Source: an uncultured virus (IMG/VR IMGVR_UViG_3300007961_000161) (Duplodnaviria; Heunggongvirae; Uroviricota; Caudoviricetes). From it: a stretch of DNA of 64,000 bases. The translations under genes were made by a program, and so were the position numbers. This document shows positions 27,426 to 35,283 of the stretch, piece after piece. Positions within the stretch are counted from its first letter, which is position 1. Every line of letters begins with the position of its first letter. The stretch lies in IMG/VR virus record IMGVR_UViG_3300007961_000161. One strand, given 5' to 3'. Below the pieces are notes generated by a model that saw only the letters and a program-made list of their open reading frames with translations, made no database searches and was not told where the DNA came from.

Positions 27426-28966
27426 GCCGTCCTCCTCCACATGTAGACCGCGAGGAACGGAGGCATGATGTTCACCGCCGACCCGCTCCCCGCCGTACCG
27501 CAGGTCATGGCATGGCTGTGCGCGGCTATGGCGGGGACAGTAACCTTGTGTGAATGGGCTGCCTGCTCCGTGCAGTTCGCCGCATGGGAATGAGCCGCGA
27601 TCGCCGGGACAGTGACGTTATGTGAATGCGCCGAGACGGCGGTGCCCGTGAACGTCATGGAAGGGGTCGCATCCGCATTGGTCACCGTGTGCTTATGGGC
27701 GGAAACCGCCGTTCCCTTGAACGTCATCGACGGAGTGGCGTTCGCCGTGGTCATCGTATGGGTGTGCGCCCCGTTTTTCGTGGTGTTCCAGAGGCTGTTG
27801 TCATTGTCTCCGCTGTCCAGCCCGTGATGGTTGTTGGAAGTGTCATAGAATCCATTATGCGCATATTTTTCATATTTCGTGTCCTTCTTGTACATTTCCC
27901 CCAAGGCACCGTGGACGTGCGCCCCTGCGGATTCCGTAGTGGCCGTATGCTTATGCGCGCCGCCCGAAATCGTCCCCGCCGGGGTATGGCCTCCCGCATT
28001 GGCGACGGTTGCCGTGTGGGTATGCTTGCCGCCCGTGATTTTCCCCGCCGGGGTATGACCTCCAGCCGTTGTACTGGTCACCGTGGAAGCGGCCTTGGCT
28101 CCGGCATCGGATGTCATCACCGTGTGCGAATGCTTCCCGTCGGAAGTGCTGGTGACCGTTGACGCCGCCTTCGCCCCAGCATCGGCTGACGTGACCGTGT
28201 GGCTGTGCTTCGGCATGTTCGCGGCCGCCAGCGTCACGGTTTTCGCGCCTCCCGTCTTGCCGGGTGCATAATCTCCGGTTCCCGTTCCCGCGTAGAGGAA
28301 GCAGTCCTGCAGGCGCGTCCATGTCCCGCCGAATAAGGTTTCCGGACTTGTGGAGCTCACGCTCATGTAGACGCTGCCGACCGGCCAGGTCTTGTTCAGA
28401 AGCTGGCTGGTCTTGAGGTACGGGGCGAGCTTGGAAACGATCCATGCGGCGAGCTTCTTCGGGGTGACGAATCTGTGATCGTCCGTCCCCGCATCGACTT
28501 CAGCCTGGGTGGCGATTTCCGCCACGCCTTCCTTCGTTTCCGTGGCGGAAGGATTGACGTAGGTCGTGTCGCCGAAGGAGATGCTTTCGGCGTCGAGGTT
28601 TTCAAGGGCGATGTCGAAGGTGATCATCGCCGTGCTTGCAGCCGCCTTGTTGATGATGGGTGTGGACTGCGATGCGATGGCTATCAGGATCCCGTCGGAA
28701 TCGAACAGACCGACCTCGTAGGCCGTGTAGCTCCGTTCGCTGCCGTCCGTGACCTCGATATGTATCTGATTCCCCGCCACGGCCCCGCCGGAAACGGTGC
28801 CGAGCGTCCAGGAGAACGGAGTCTTGAGTGCCGTCGCCGCCTTCGTGGGATTCCATTTCCCAGATCCGAAGCGGCATGTGGATATGCGGACGGCGTCAGT
28901 GCCGGACTGGTCGGGACGGATCATCCTGTCCAGCCCGGCATCCGTAATGACGAGCGCGTTTGCCAT
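27422..28966 (-). CDS. Tail fibre with HxH-repeat needle domain
   Basis: P2 gpH-like N-terminus, GVAEIATQAEV, WPVGSVYMS, 11 HxH motifs, NIMPPFLAVYMWRRTA. Confidence 0.9.
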   Translation of the reverse strand: MANALVITDAGLDRMIRPDQSGTDAVRISTCRFGSGKWNPTKAATALKTPFSWTLGTVSGGAVAGNQIHIEVTDGSERSYTAYEVGLFDSDGILIAIASQSTPIINKAAASTAMITFDIALENLDAESISFGDTTYVNPSATETKEGVAEIATQAEVDAGTDDHRFVTPKKLAAWIVSKLAPYLKTSQLLNKTWPVGSVYMSVSSTSPETLFGGTWTRLQDCFLYAGTGTGDYAPGKTGGAKTVTLAAANMPKHSHTVTSADAGAKAASTVTSTSDGKHSHTVMTSDAGAKAASTVTSTTAGGHTPAGKITGGKHTHTATVANAGGHTPAGTISGGAHKHTATTESAGAHVHGALGEMYKKDTKYEKYAHNGFYDTSNNHHGLDSGDNDNSLWNTTKNGAHTHTMTTANATPSMTFKGTAVSAHKHTVTNADATPSMTFTGTAVSAHSHNVTVPAIAAHSHAANCTEQAAHSHKVTVPAIAAHSHAMTCGTAGSGSAVNIMPPFLAVYMWRRTA

Positions 28967-28977
28967 ATATGTTGCTC

Positions 28978-29550
28978 CTAATAGTTTGAAAGCCTTGTTT
29001 CCGTGATGCCCCTGGCATATGCGTCGCCGCCTCCCGCCCCCTTAAGCCCGGCGTTCACCAGGAACTCATACTGGCTCCTGACGGGCTTCGCGGCGTCGAT
29101 GAGCGCCTTGACCAACGTCTGGACATCCGTCGTGGTCACCGCTTCGGGGTCGGACATGCTGACCTCGATCATGAAAGTATGCGGAGTCCCCGGCGGCGAC
29201 ATCTGCCACCATTCCGTCATGGAGCAGGAACCGCCTATGGAGGACAGCGCCTGCCGTATGGCGTATGGCGTTCCCTGGTGCCGCTTGATGTCTATGACCG
29301 TGCGGATGACGGAGCGCTTCAGCTTTATGCCCCACCGGTCGTTCCAGGTTGGGGCGTCGAACCAGGCGGCTATGTGGTCAAGCTGCGCCGATGACAGGCC
29401 ATCCAGCCTGTGCAGCACGGCAGGTATCTCCCGCAGGGATGCCGCCGCATGAAGCTCCGGGTCGATGGCTGATATCGCCGCCTTCACCTGGCGGTCAGCC
29501 GTGATGCTGTCAGGAGCAAGGCCGGCGAGGGAAAAATCATCCAGCGTCAT
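28978..29550 (-). CDS. Phage tail protein I (P2 gpI-like)
   Basis: LDHIAAWF, GTPYAIRQAL, EWWQ, IDAAKPVRS. Confidence 0.9.
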   Translation of the reverse strand: MTLDDFSLAGLAPDSITADRQVKAAISAIDPELHAAASLREIPAVLHRLDGLSSAQLDHIAAWFDAPTWNDRWGIKLKRSVIRTVIDIKRHQGTPYAIRQALSSIGGSCSMTEWWQMSPPGTPHTFMIEVSMSDPEAVTTTDVQTLVKALIDAAKPVRSQYEFLVNAGLKGAGGGDAYARGITETRLSNY

Positions 29551-30689
29551 ATGTCCTTCCGCCCCTTGTACGTAACCGTGGAGTTGGAGCACTGTGCGAC
29601 CTGCGACCGTTCAAGCCTGACGAAACGCTCCGGCTTGAGCGTCGTCATATCCACGCGTCCTGCCCCCGCAGCCATGACCATCTCGATAAGCTTGCCGGGA
29701 TCTATATCTCGCCCAATGGCTTCTGTCTGCCATGCGCGGTATTCAGCCACGGCAAGGCTGACCGCATCCGATATGGCCACCTCGCGGCTTACGTCTCCGG
29801 CGTTGAGATACCAGTCCACCTTTATCTCGAACGGGACGGCTGCCGGGGCGGACACGAAAACACGGTCGGTCAGCGGCCTCCGCGTTTCCGCAGACAGGTA
29901 TTCCTTCACGCCCTGGCATACCGCTTCGGTGGGGAGGATCCCGTCATCCAGCATGATGTAGACATGGACGTCCCCGGGATTGTTTTCATCTCCCATCACG
30001 GCAACATCCGAAATTGCGGAGTTGGCGCTGTAGGCATGGTAGACGTATGCCTTTTCCGGACCAGCCACCGAGAAGGCGTTCGGAGCGAGCCTTATCCGTG
30101 CCGCCAGATCCTCATCGGATTCCGCGTCCGCGCCTCCAGATGTGACGGAGGTGTTCTCGACCGAAGCGATGTATGCCTGCGGGTTGACCAGGGCATTTAT
30201 CTGTCCGGGGACGTAGTCGTTTCCGTCCGTGCCCGGCGTTTCGCAGGTGGCAGAAATTTCTCCTGAAAGGCTCCCCGCAGGAATCGTCAGTGCCCTGTCC
30301 GTGGAGAATGTTACGTTTCCGTTCCCCGCCTTTGTCCCGGAAGGGATGGCGTAGTCCTGCCCGAGCGCCTGCGAAAGCGTGAAGCGCAGCGTCGTTGCAG
30401 CTGCCGATGCCGGGAGCCGTATGACGCCGAACAGGATTCCAAGGGAGTCGAGGTAGTCACCCCTGGCATACGACAGGAGATTCATCCTTGCCGCCGTGTT
30501 GACAGCAGAGCGCAATTGCGTGATCGCCGCCGCTATGGTCAGCAGGAAAAGCCGCACGGGATCGCCAGCGGCAAGAGTCCTGCCCGATGCCTTTTCATAG
30601 CCAGTGATGATGTTCGCCTCGACCTCGTCCGCGCCGATGGTCAGGAAGTCCACGGGCGGAAGTGAGAACCGGGGAAAAGTTTCAGACAT
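29547..30689 (-). CDS. Baseplate J/gp47 protein
   Basis: GDPVRLFL, LSYARGDYLD, GGADAESD, FSVAGPEKAY, RPLTDRV. Confidence 0.93.
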   Translation of the reverse strand: MSETFPRFSLPPVDFLTIGADEVEANIITGYEKASGRTLAAGDPVRLFLLTIAAAITQLRSAVNTAARMNLLSYARGDYLDSLGILFGVIRLPASAAATTLRFTLSQALGQDYAIPSGTKAGNGNVTFSTDRALTIPAGSLSGEISATCETPGTDGNDYVPGQINALVNPQAYIASVENTSVTSGGADAESDEDLAARIRLAPNAFSVAGPEKAYVYHAYSANSAISDVAVMGDENNPGDVHVYIMLDDGILPTEAVCQGVKEYLSAETRRPLTDRVFVSAPAAVPFEIKVDWYLNAGDVSREVAISDAVSLAVAEYRAWQTEAIGRDIDPGKLIEMVMAAGAGRVDMTTLKPERFVRLERSQVAQCSNSTVTYKGRKDI

Positions 30690-30691
30690 GA

Positions 30692-30802
30692 TCACGCCCC
30701 CGCGTTTTCAAGCAGTTTCTGCACCTGATCACGCCAGCGGGCGGGTACATCATCGATGGTCATTTCGCCGTTCCTGATTTTCCGTGCGTATATTTTCGCC
30801 AT
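30692..30802 (-). CDS. 36-aa tail-associated protein (CD1375-like)
   Basis: MAKIYARKIRNGEMTIDDVPARWRDQVQKLL; GGAGA RBS; below the ORF-track cutoff. Confidence 0.75.
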   Translation of the reverse strand: MAKIYARKIRNGEMTIDDVPARWRDQVQKLLENAGA

Positions 30803-31080
30803 TATTCTCCTCCCGTAATGATGGATGCCAGTTCCACGAGCGCGTCTTCGATGTCCGCAAGCCGGTCCTCCGCTGAAGGCGCAGGAGGCTCAATCATTAT
30901 CGTTTCCGGTTCAGGTTCCGGCTGAATAGCTTCGGGATGCTCCGCTGCGTATGCGCTGACTTCTCCCCACAAGCCTGCCCATTCGCCTTCATTGGGAACA
31001 TGGTATGCCCCCTGGTCGATGACGAATGATCCGTCCTTGCGAATATATATGACCGAAAGGTCAAATTCAGACAGTTCCAT
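30802..31080 (-). CDS. Tail fibre assembly-like hypothetical protein
   Basis: GGAGA RBS; follows a fibre gene; EDRLADIEDALVELA tail. Confidence 0.6.
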   Translation of the reverse strand: MELSEFDLSVIYIRKDGSFVIDQGAYHVPNEGEWAGLWGEVSAYAAEHPEAIQPEPEPETIMIEPPAPSAEDRLADIEDALVELASIITGGE

Positions 31081-31091
31081 GAAATTCTCCC

Positions 31092-32417
31092 TTACGTCAT
31101 CCTGAAGAAAAGCCCGTCGAAACGGACGGTGGCGCTTGTGTTGCTGGAGCTGACGCCCCTGACCGTGCCGCCTGCGATCTTGGCCCCGACCATGACATCG
31201 ACCTGACCGGGATTGTTGCTGAAATAATAAGCGACGATGTATGCCCATGTGCCGCCTGTTGGCAGCGTGAACTCATATCTCCCGCTGCTGTTGGCGGAGA
31301 CTGACTTTGCGATGGACTGTATGTTCGTCAGGCAGACGGCGGCTCCGTTTGTGTTCCCCGTGCCGCCGTTGGCGACGGGCAAGGTGCCATTCACGGGCAA
31401 TGCCTTTGCCGCGGAGCCATCGAAGGTGACGGGGGAAGATGAATTATACGCCGTGCCCAGCTTGACATACAGGCTCCTCGCCGTAGCCAGCTTCGTGGCG
31501 GTCGCAGCATTGCCCGTGCATGAGCCGGATGATCCCGTGCAGTCCCCGTTGAGATGCACCGCGCTGGCGTCGGCATAAAGCATCCACTTGTTCAGGGTAT
31601 TGTCCCAAAGTCCGCGGTTCGTTCCGCCCGAGCCGATTTGAAGCGAAACCGTATAGGTTCCGTTGGTGACCTCCCATTTCTGGGAGTTGCCAGAGAGCGT
31701 CTTGGAGCCCTTCCACGTCTGGGCTCCCGTGGTGACGAGCCCCGCAGCGGTATCGGATGCGGCGGTAGCCGGAATGGTAATTGACCTGTCGGTCGCAGCC
31801 GTGACATGCCCCGAGGCATCGCTTTTGATCTGCGAGATTGTGATCGCATCGCCGAAAGCCGGGGTGAGGTTTGCCGTGGGCTTGCCGGTCCGGGCGGTGT
31901 ATGACGGGTGTGAATACTGCGTGTCCGTGCTGGATATGGTGATGTTGCCGCTTGCGTCAGATGTGACGGTCGTGGCTCCGCTTCCCTTGACCTTGATGTT
32001 CGCCCTCACCGTGGAATTGTCCGCCAGCACCAGCGTCGTGTTTCCATTGGTGGTCGTTGCATTGGCGGCAGTTCCCGACGCACCGGCATAGAGATGCGAA
32101 GTCCAGTGCGTGTCGGTATCGGTGTCGGGCGGCACCTGCCAGGTCCCGTCCTCTCGGAGATACTTCGATGTCCCCGCTGTCGTGCCGGGAGAGGGAACAA
32201 GACCGGCCTTGGCTCCGCTACCGGACTTGACGAAGTTTGCATAGGTGGTGTCCTGCGCGGAAAGCACGCCGTCCGCTATGGTCAGGTTCGTCCCGACCTT
32301 GACGCCGCCAAGCGTGTCGCCGCTGGCCACGGGCAGGACATATCCGTCCGCGCCGCCTCCCTCCACGGCCACTTCCACAAGCTGGCCGTTCCGTTTCTGG
32401 TAAATCTTGTCCGCCAT
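31092..32417 (-). CDS. Fibre-like virion protein
   Basis: Thr/Gly/Ser-rich; YVLPVAS..TLGGVKVG, YLREDGTW, GNAATATKLATAR, GTLPVANGGTG. Confidence 0.8.
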   Translation of the reverse strand: MADKIYQKRNGQLVEVAVEGGGADGYVLPVASGDTLGGVKVGTNLTIADGVLSAQDTTYANFVKSGSGAKAGLVPSPGTTAGTSKYLREDGTWQVPPDTDTDTHWTSHLYAGASGTAANATTTNGNTTLVLADNSTVRANIKVKGSGATTVTSDASGNITISSTDTQYSHPSYTARTGKPTANLTPAFGDAITISQIKSDASGHVTAATDRSITIPATAASDTAAGLVTTGAQTWKGSKTLSGNSQKWEVTNGTYTVSLQIGSGGTNRGLWDNTLNKWMLYADASAVHLNGDCTGSSGSCTGNAATATKLATARSLYVKLGTAYNSSSPVTFDGSAAKALPVNGTLPVANGGTGNTNGAAVCLTNIQSIAKSVSANSSGRYEFTLPTGGTWAYIVAYYFSNNPGQVDVMVGAKIAGGTVRGVSSSNTSATVRFDGLFFRMT

Positions 32418-32426
32418 GAACGCCTC

Positions 32427-33752
32427 TCAGCTTTCATACAGGATGAAACAGGCGCCATCCGGCATGGCTGCGACCGCAGCCGCATTGGGAAGCGATGTTC
32501 CGTAGCCAGCCCACGCCGGAAGCCCGACATTGGAAGCCGTCCCGTTCTTGGTGACCTGTAGCGTGTTGCTTGCCGGAGTGGAGCCGACGGCAGTGAGATA
32601 TGTGGCGGTGATGGTGTTGCCGGATCCGTCCTTGGTCGCTTTCTCCGCTGTTCCGGTCAAATCACCATTGAAGGCAGGAGCCGTAAGGGTGCCGGTAGCG
32701 GGATTGACTGTAACGCCCGCCTTGAATTTTACCCCGTCAGTGACCGCTGTTTCCGTCGTGTTAGTTTTCAGCAGGACGGGGAACTCGCCGGTATTGCCCG
32801 ACGTGGTGGGACTCTGCGTGACGGTATTGGTAGGGCCGGGAAGCGTAAGCTCCTTCGTTGATGCGGCAGAAATACGTCCTTTTGCGTCAACGGTGATATA
32901 TGGGACCTTGAATTTATTTGAATAGGATAAGGAGCGGGAATCCCCGTCTTCTCCATAGGCTCCAGAACTGACCCCCGTAGCGGGCAAGTCATGCACATGG
33001 TCTGCCCGTGCGACCGCTGCGGCGCTTCCTGCGTTTGCAACGCCTACCGCCTGGGGATCGTCAGTTGAATAGGTGACGTGCGTCCCGTGGGAGGCCGCCG
33101 CTTTGCCGTCAAGCGCCTTCTCCAGCTTGCCGACTGCAGCATTAAGAGTGTCCGCCGTTGTTATGGCGGATGTAGCCGACGGCTTGGAGTAGCCCGTCAT
33201 TGCCGTGACTTCAGACGCGTTGTGGCTGTGCGCTGAAGGGGCATAAGCCGACGGCTTTCCCGTCACGCCGGACCATGGCACGGAAGTGGCGGATCCCGCG
33301 GTGTATTCCTCATATCCCGCTGCCGATGACAGTTTGGCAATGTCAACCACGTAGTACATCAGCCCCGTGTCGCTCTGCTTGACCGTGTCGCCAAGCTGCA
33401 CCTGCGAAGACGTCAGGGCGAACCGCGCCGCCTGGTCAGCGACGACCACCAGCCTCTCCAGCGCTCCCGCAGGGAGCCTGTCTATGGAAATCGTGCCGGT
33501 CGTGATCTTGGAGGCGTCGAGGTTTGGAATCCTGGCAGCCGCCAGGGTTCCCGCGCTGATGTCCGAGGCATTATGCGTGTGGCTGGCGTCAGCCTTGCCT
33601 TCCAGCGCCGTGTCCATGCCGGACAGTTTTTCGGAGAGCAAGGTTTCCCCGTCGGTGTCCATGACATTGTCGGTCGATGTGGCGGGATAGACGGGAACGA
33701 GAGATCCGTTCTTCTTGCGGTATTCGGTGACTTTTTCGAATGCGCTTGGCAT
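32427..33752 (-). CDS. Fibre-like virion protein
   Basis: ASHTHNASDI, IPNLDASKITTG, VPWSGVTGKP, ITVDAKGRI. Confidence 0.75.
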   Translation of the reverse strand: MPSAFEKVTEYRKKNGSLVPVYPATSTDNVMDTDGETLLSEKLSGMDTALEGKADASHTHNASDISAGTLAAARIPNLDASKITTGTISIDRLPAGALERLVVVADQAARFALTSSQVQLGDTVKQSDTGLMYYVVDIAKLSSAAGYEEYTAGSATSVPWSGVTGKPSAYAPSAHSHNASEVTAMTGYSKPSATSAITTADTLNAAVGKLEKALDGKAAASHGTHVTYSTDDPQAVGVANAGSAAAVARADHVHDLPATGVSSGAYGEDGDSRSLSYSNKFKVPYITVDAKGRISAASTKELTLPGPTNTVTQSPTTSGNTGEFPVLLKTNTTETAVTDGVKFKAGVTVNPATGTLTAPAFNGDLTGTAEKATKDGSGNTITATYLTAVGSTPASNTLQVTKNGTASNVGLPAWAGYGTSLPNAAAVAAMPDGACFILYES

Positions 33753-33775
33753 GGAGAAACTCCCTGTTTTTAAGA

Positions 33776-34114
33776 TTAATGCGGGTTCAAGACAGTGAGG
33801 TGGGCTCCTTCCTCCAGCGTGGCAATGAGCGCGGCTAGCTCCGCTGGATCGGAAGGAAGGCTGTCAACGATGCCGGCTTCCCGGAGGGTATGGACAGTTT
33901 TCCAGCCCCCATTTATCCGGACGTAAAACCTGGCGTTGGCGGTCACGAACCAGATGTCCCCGTTCTGAGCCGACTGCGGAAGCTGGGAAACCGCCGACTT
34001 GCTCCCGCGCAGATGCACGGGGTCGGCTGTGACCTCGTCGACGTGCCGCCTCACATGGGATGCGAAATCCCGCAGGTTCACGGAGCCGTAGTTTTCCTTC
34101 TTCGGATACGGCAT
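33776..34114 (-). CDS. Hypothetical tail-region protein
   Basis: In the operon with a GGAGG RBS; NGDIWF motif. Confidence 0.6.
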   Translation of the reverse strand: MPYPKKENYGSVNLRDFASHVRRHVDEVTADPVHLRGSKSAVSQLPQSAQNGDIWFVTANARFYVRINGGWKTVHTLREAGIVDSLPSDPAELAALIATLEEGAHLTVLNPH

Positions 34115-34123
34115 GTATCCCTC

Positions 34124-34681
34124 CTAGCCCTGGTCATAGATGGCGGAATAGTCCGACGCCTCGATTTCATGCAGCCGAGGCTCAAGGTTGGCCAATGCCG
34201 CGGTCGCCGCTTTTGCCGCAGCGATCGCCTGTTCCGCCTTCTGCGTGATGATGGATACGTCCGATGTGGTGACAGCCTCGGTTTCCGCGTTGGTTTCTGC
34301 CTTTGGAGCGGATGCAGCGGTCGAAACATATCGTCTGCCGTGCAAGCTCGAGGTGGATTTGCCTTCGTTAATCTCGATTGTGACCACAGGATTGAGGATT
34401 CCTTCCATGGCAGCATCGCCATCGGCATTGAACTTCACGCCGCGCACTTCAGCCCTTGGCTCGTATTCCTGTACCGCCTCGACCACGGCGGCGATCATCA
34501 TCGCCTTCGCCACGGGCAACGGTCTGTCGAGCATGTCCCATGAAACACCGAAGGCCCGGTCGAACGGGACCGAGCCTTTGCGGGTGGCGAGGATACACCG
34601 CACGTTCTGGATGACTTCCGCCTCTGTTGACTGCGGTGAAAAGTTGATGCCGGTCATGCCGGCGGTGACGTCTATCTTCAT
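34124..34681 (-). CDS. Baseplate wedge gpW/gp25 with C-terminal extension
   Basis: EVIQNVRCILATRKGSVPFDRAFG, YEPRAEV. Confidence 0.88.
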   Translation of the reverse strand: MKIDVTAGMTGINFSPQSTEAEVIQNVRCILATRKGSVPFDRAFGVSWDMLDRPLPVAKAMMIAAVVEAVQEYEPRAEVRGVKFNADGDAAMEGILNPVVTIEINEGKSTSSLHGRRYVSTAASAPKAETNAETEAVTTSDVSIITQKAEQAIAAAKAATAALANLEPRLHEIEASDYSAIYDQG

Positions 34682-35076
34682 GCCCATCCCCCTGAGTGTT
34701 CGGTCAGCTTCAGGGACACCTCGTCCACGATGCAGATTCCAGCTCCCGTGAAGTGACGCCTGTCCTCCTCGATCCCTTCAAGCACGAACTTCCCGAAGTA
34801 GTCCGTGCCGATGACGAGGGAATAGGCGTCATGGCTCTCCAGCATTGTTTTCAGCATGAGCATGCCGACGGACGGAGGAAGCCCCAGCGATGCGTCCAGC
34901 CTCACGGACAAGGTGATGGACGTCGCCTCGCTCCCGGTCCACTCGAGCACGGGCTTGCCCCCGATGACCTGGTGCTTCGCCCATTTTTCTCCGAGGGAGC
35001 GGCTGAACCGTGAAAACGTCTGCACGAATCCAGCGCCGCACATGAACGGCAATGATCCGAAAATTCCGACCAGCAT
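34678..35076 (-). CDS. P2 gpU-like tail protein
   Basis: WAKHQVIGGKPVLEWTG, LVIG...GKFVL. Confidence 0.85.
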   Translation of the reverse strand: MLVGIFGSLPFMCGAGFVQTFSRFSRSLGEKWAKHQVIGGKPVLEWTGSEATSITLSVRLDASLGLPPSVGMLMLKTMLESHDAYSLVIGTDYFGKFVLEGIEEDRRHFTGAGICIVDEVSLKLTEHSGGWA

Positions 35077-35079
35077 GGA

Positions 35080-35283
35080 TCACTTCCTTTTCCACGGCGG
35101 GAGGCTCTGATTGGACGCCTGCGTCAGCACGGGAAGCTCGATGAAAACTCCCTGCGGGAAGCGGACGACATCTCTGCTTTCCAGATTAATTTCCATGATG
35201 GCGGCGACATGGTGCTCGTCCCCGAAGCATCGGTAGGATATCTCGTCCCATGTCTCGCCCATGCGCGTGGTGGTGCTAGGCAT
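35080..35283 (-). CDS. Tail protein X
   Basis: GETWDEISYRCFG...LPPWKR. Confidence 0.88.
   Translation of the reverse strand: MPSTTTRMGETWDEISYRCFGDEHHVAAIMEINLESRDVVRFPQGVFIELPVLTQASNQSLPPWKRK

Noticed and set aside
27422..33752. Diversity-generating retroelement or invertible fibre cassette
   Set aside because: No reverse transcriptase, no adenine-specific TR/VR pair and no inverted fibre cassettes seen
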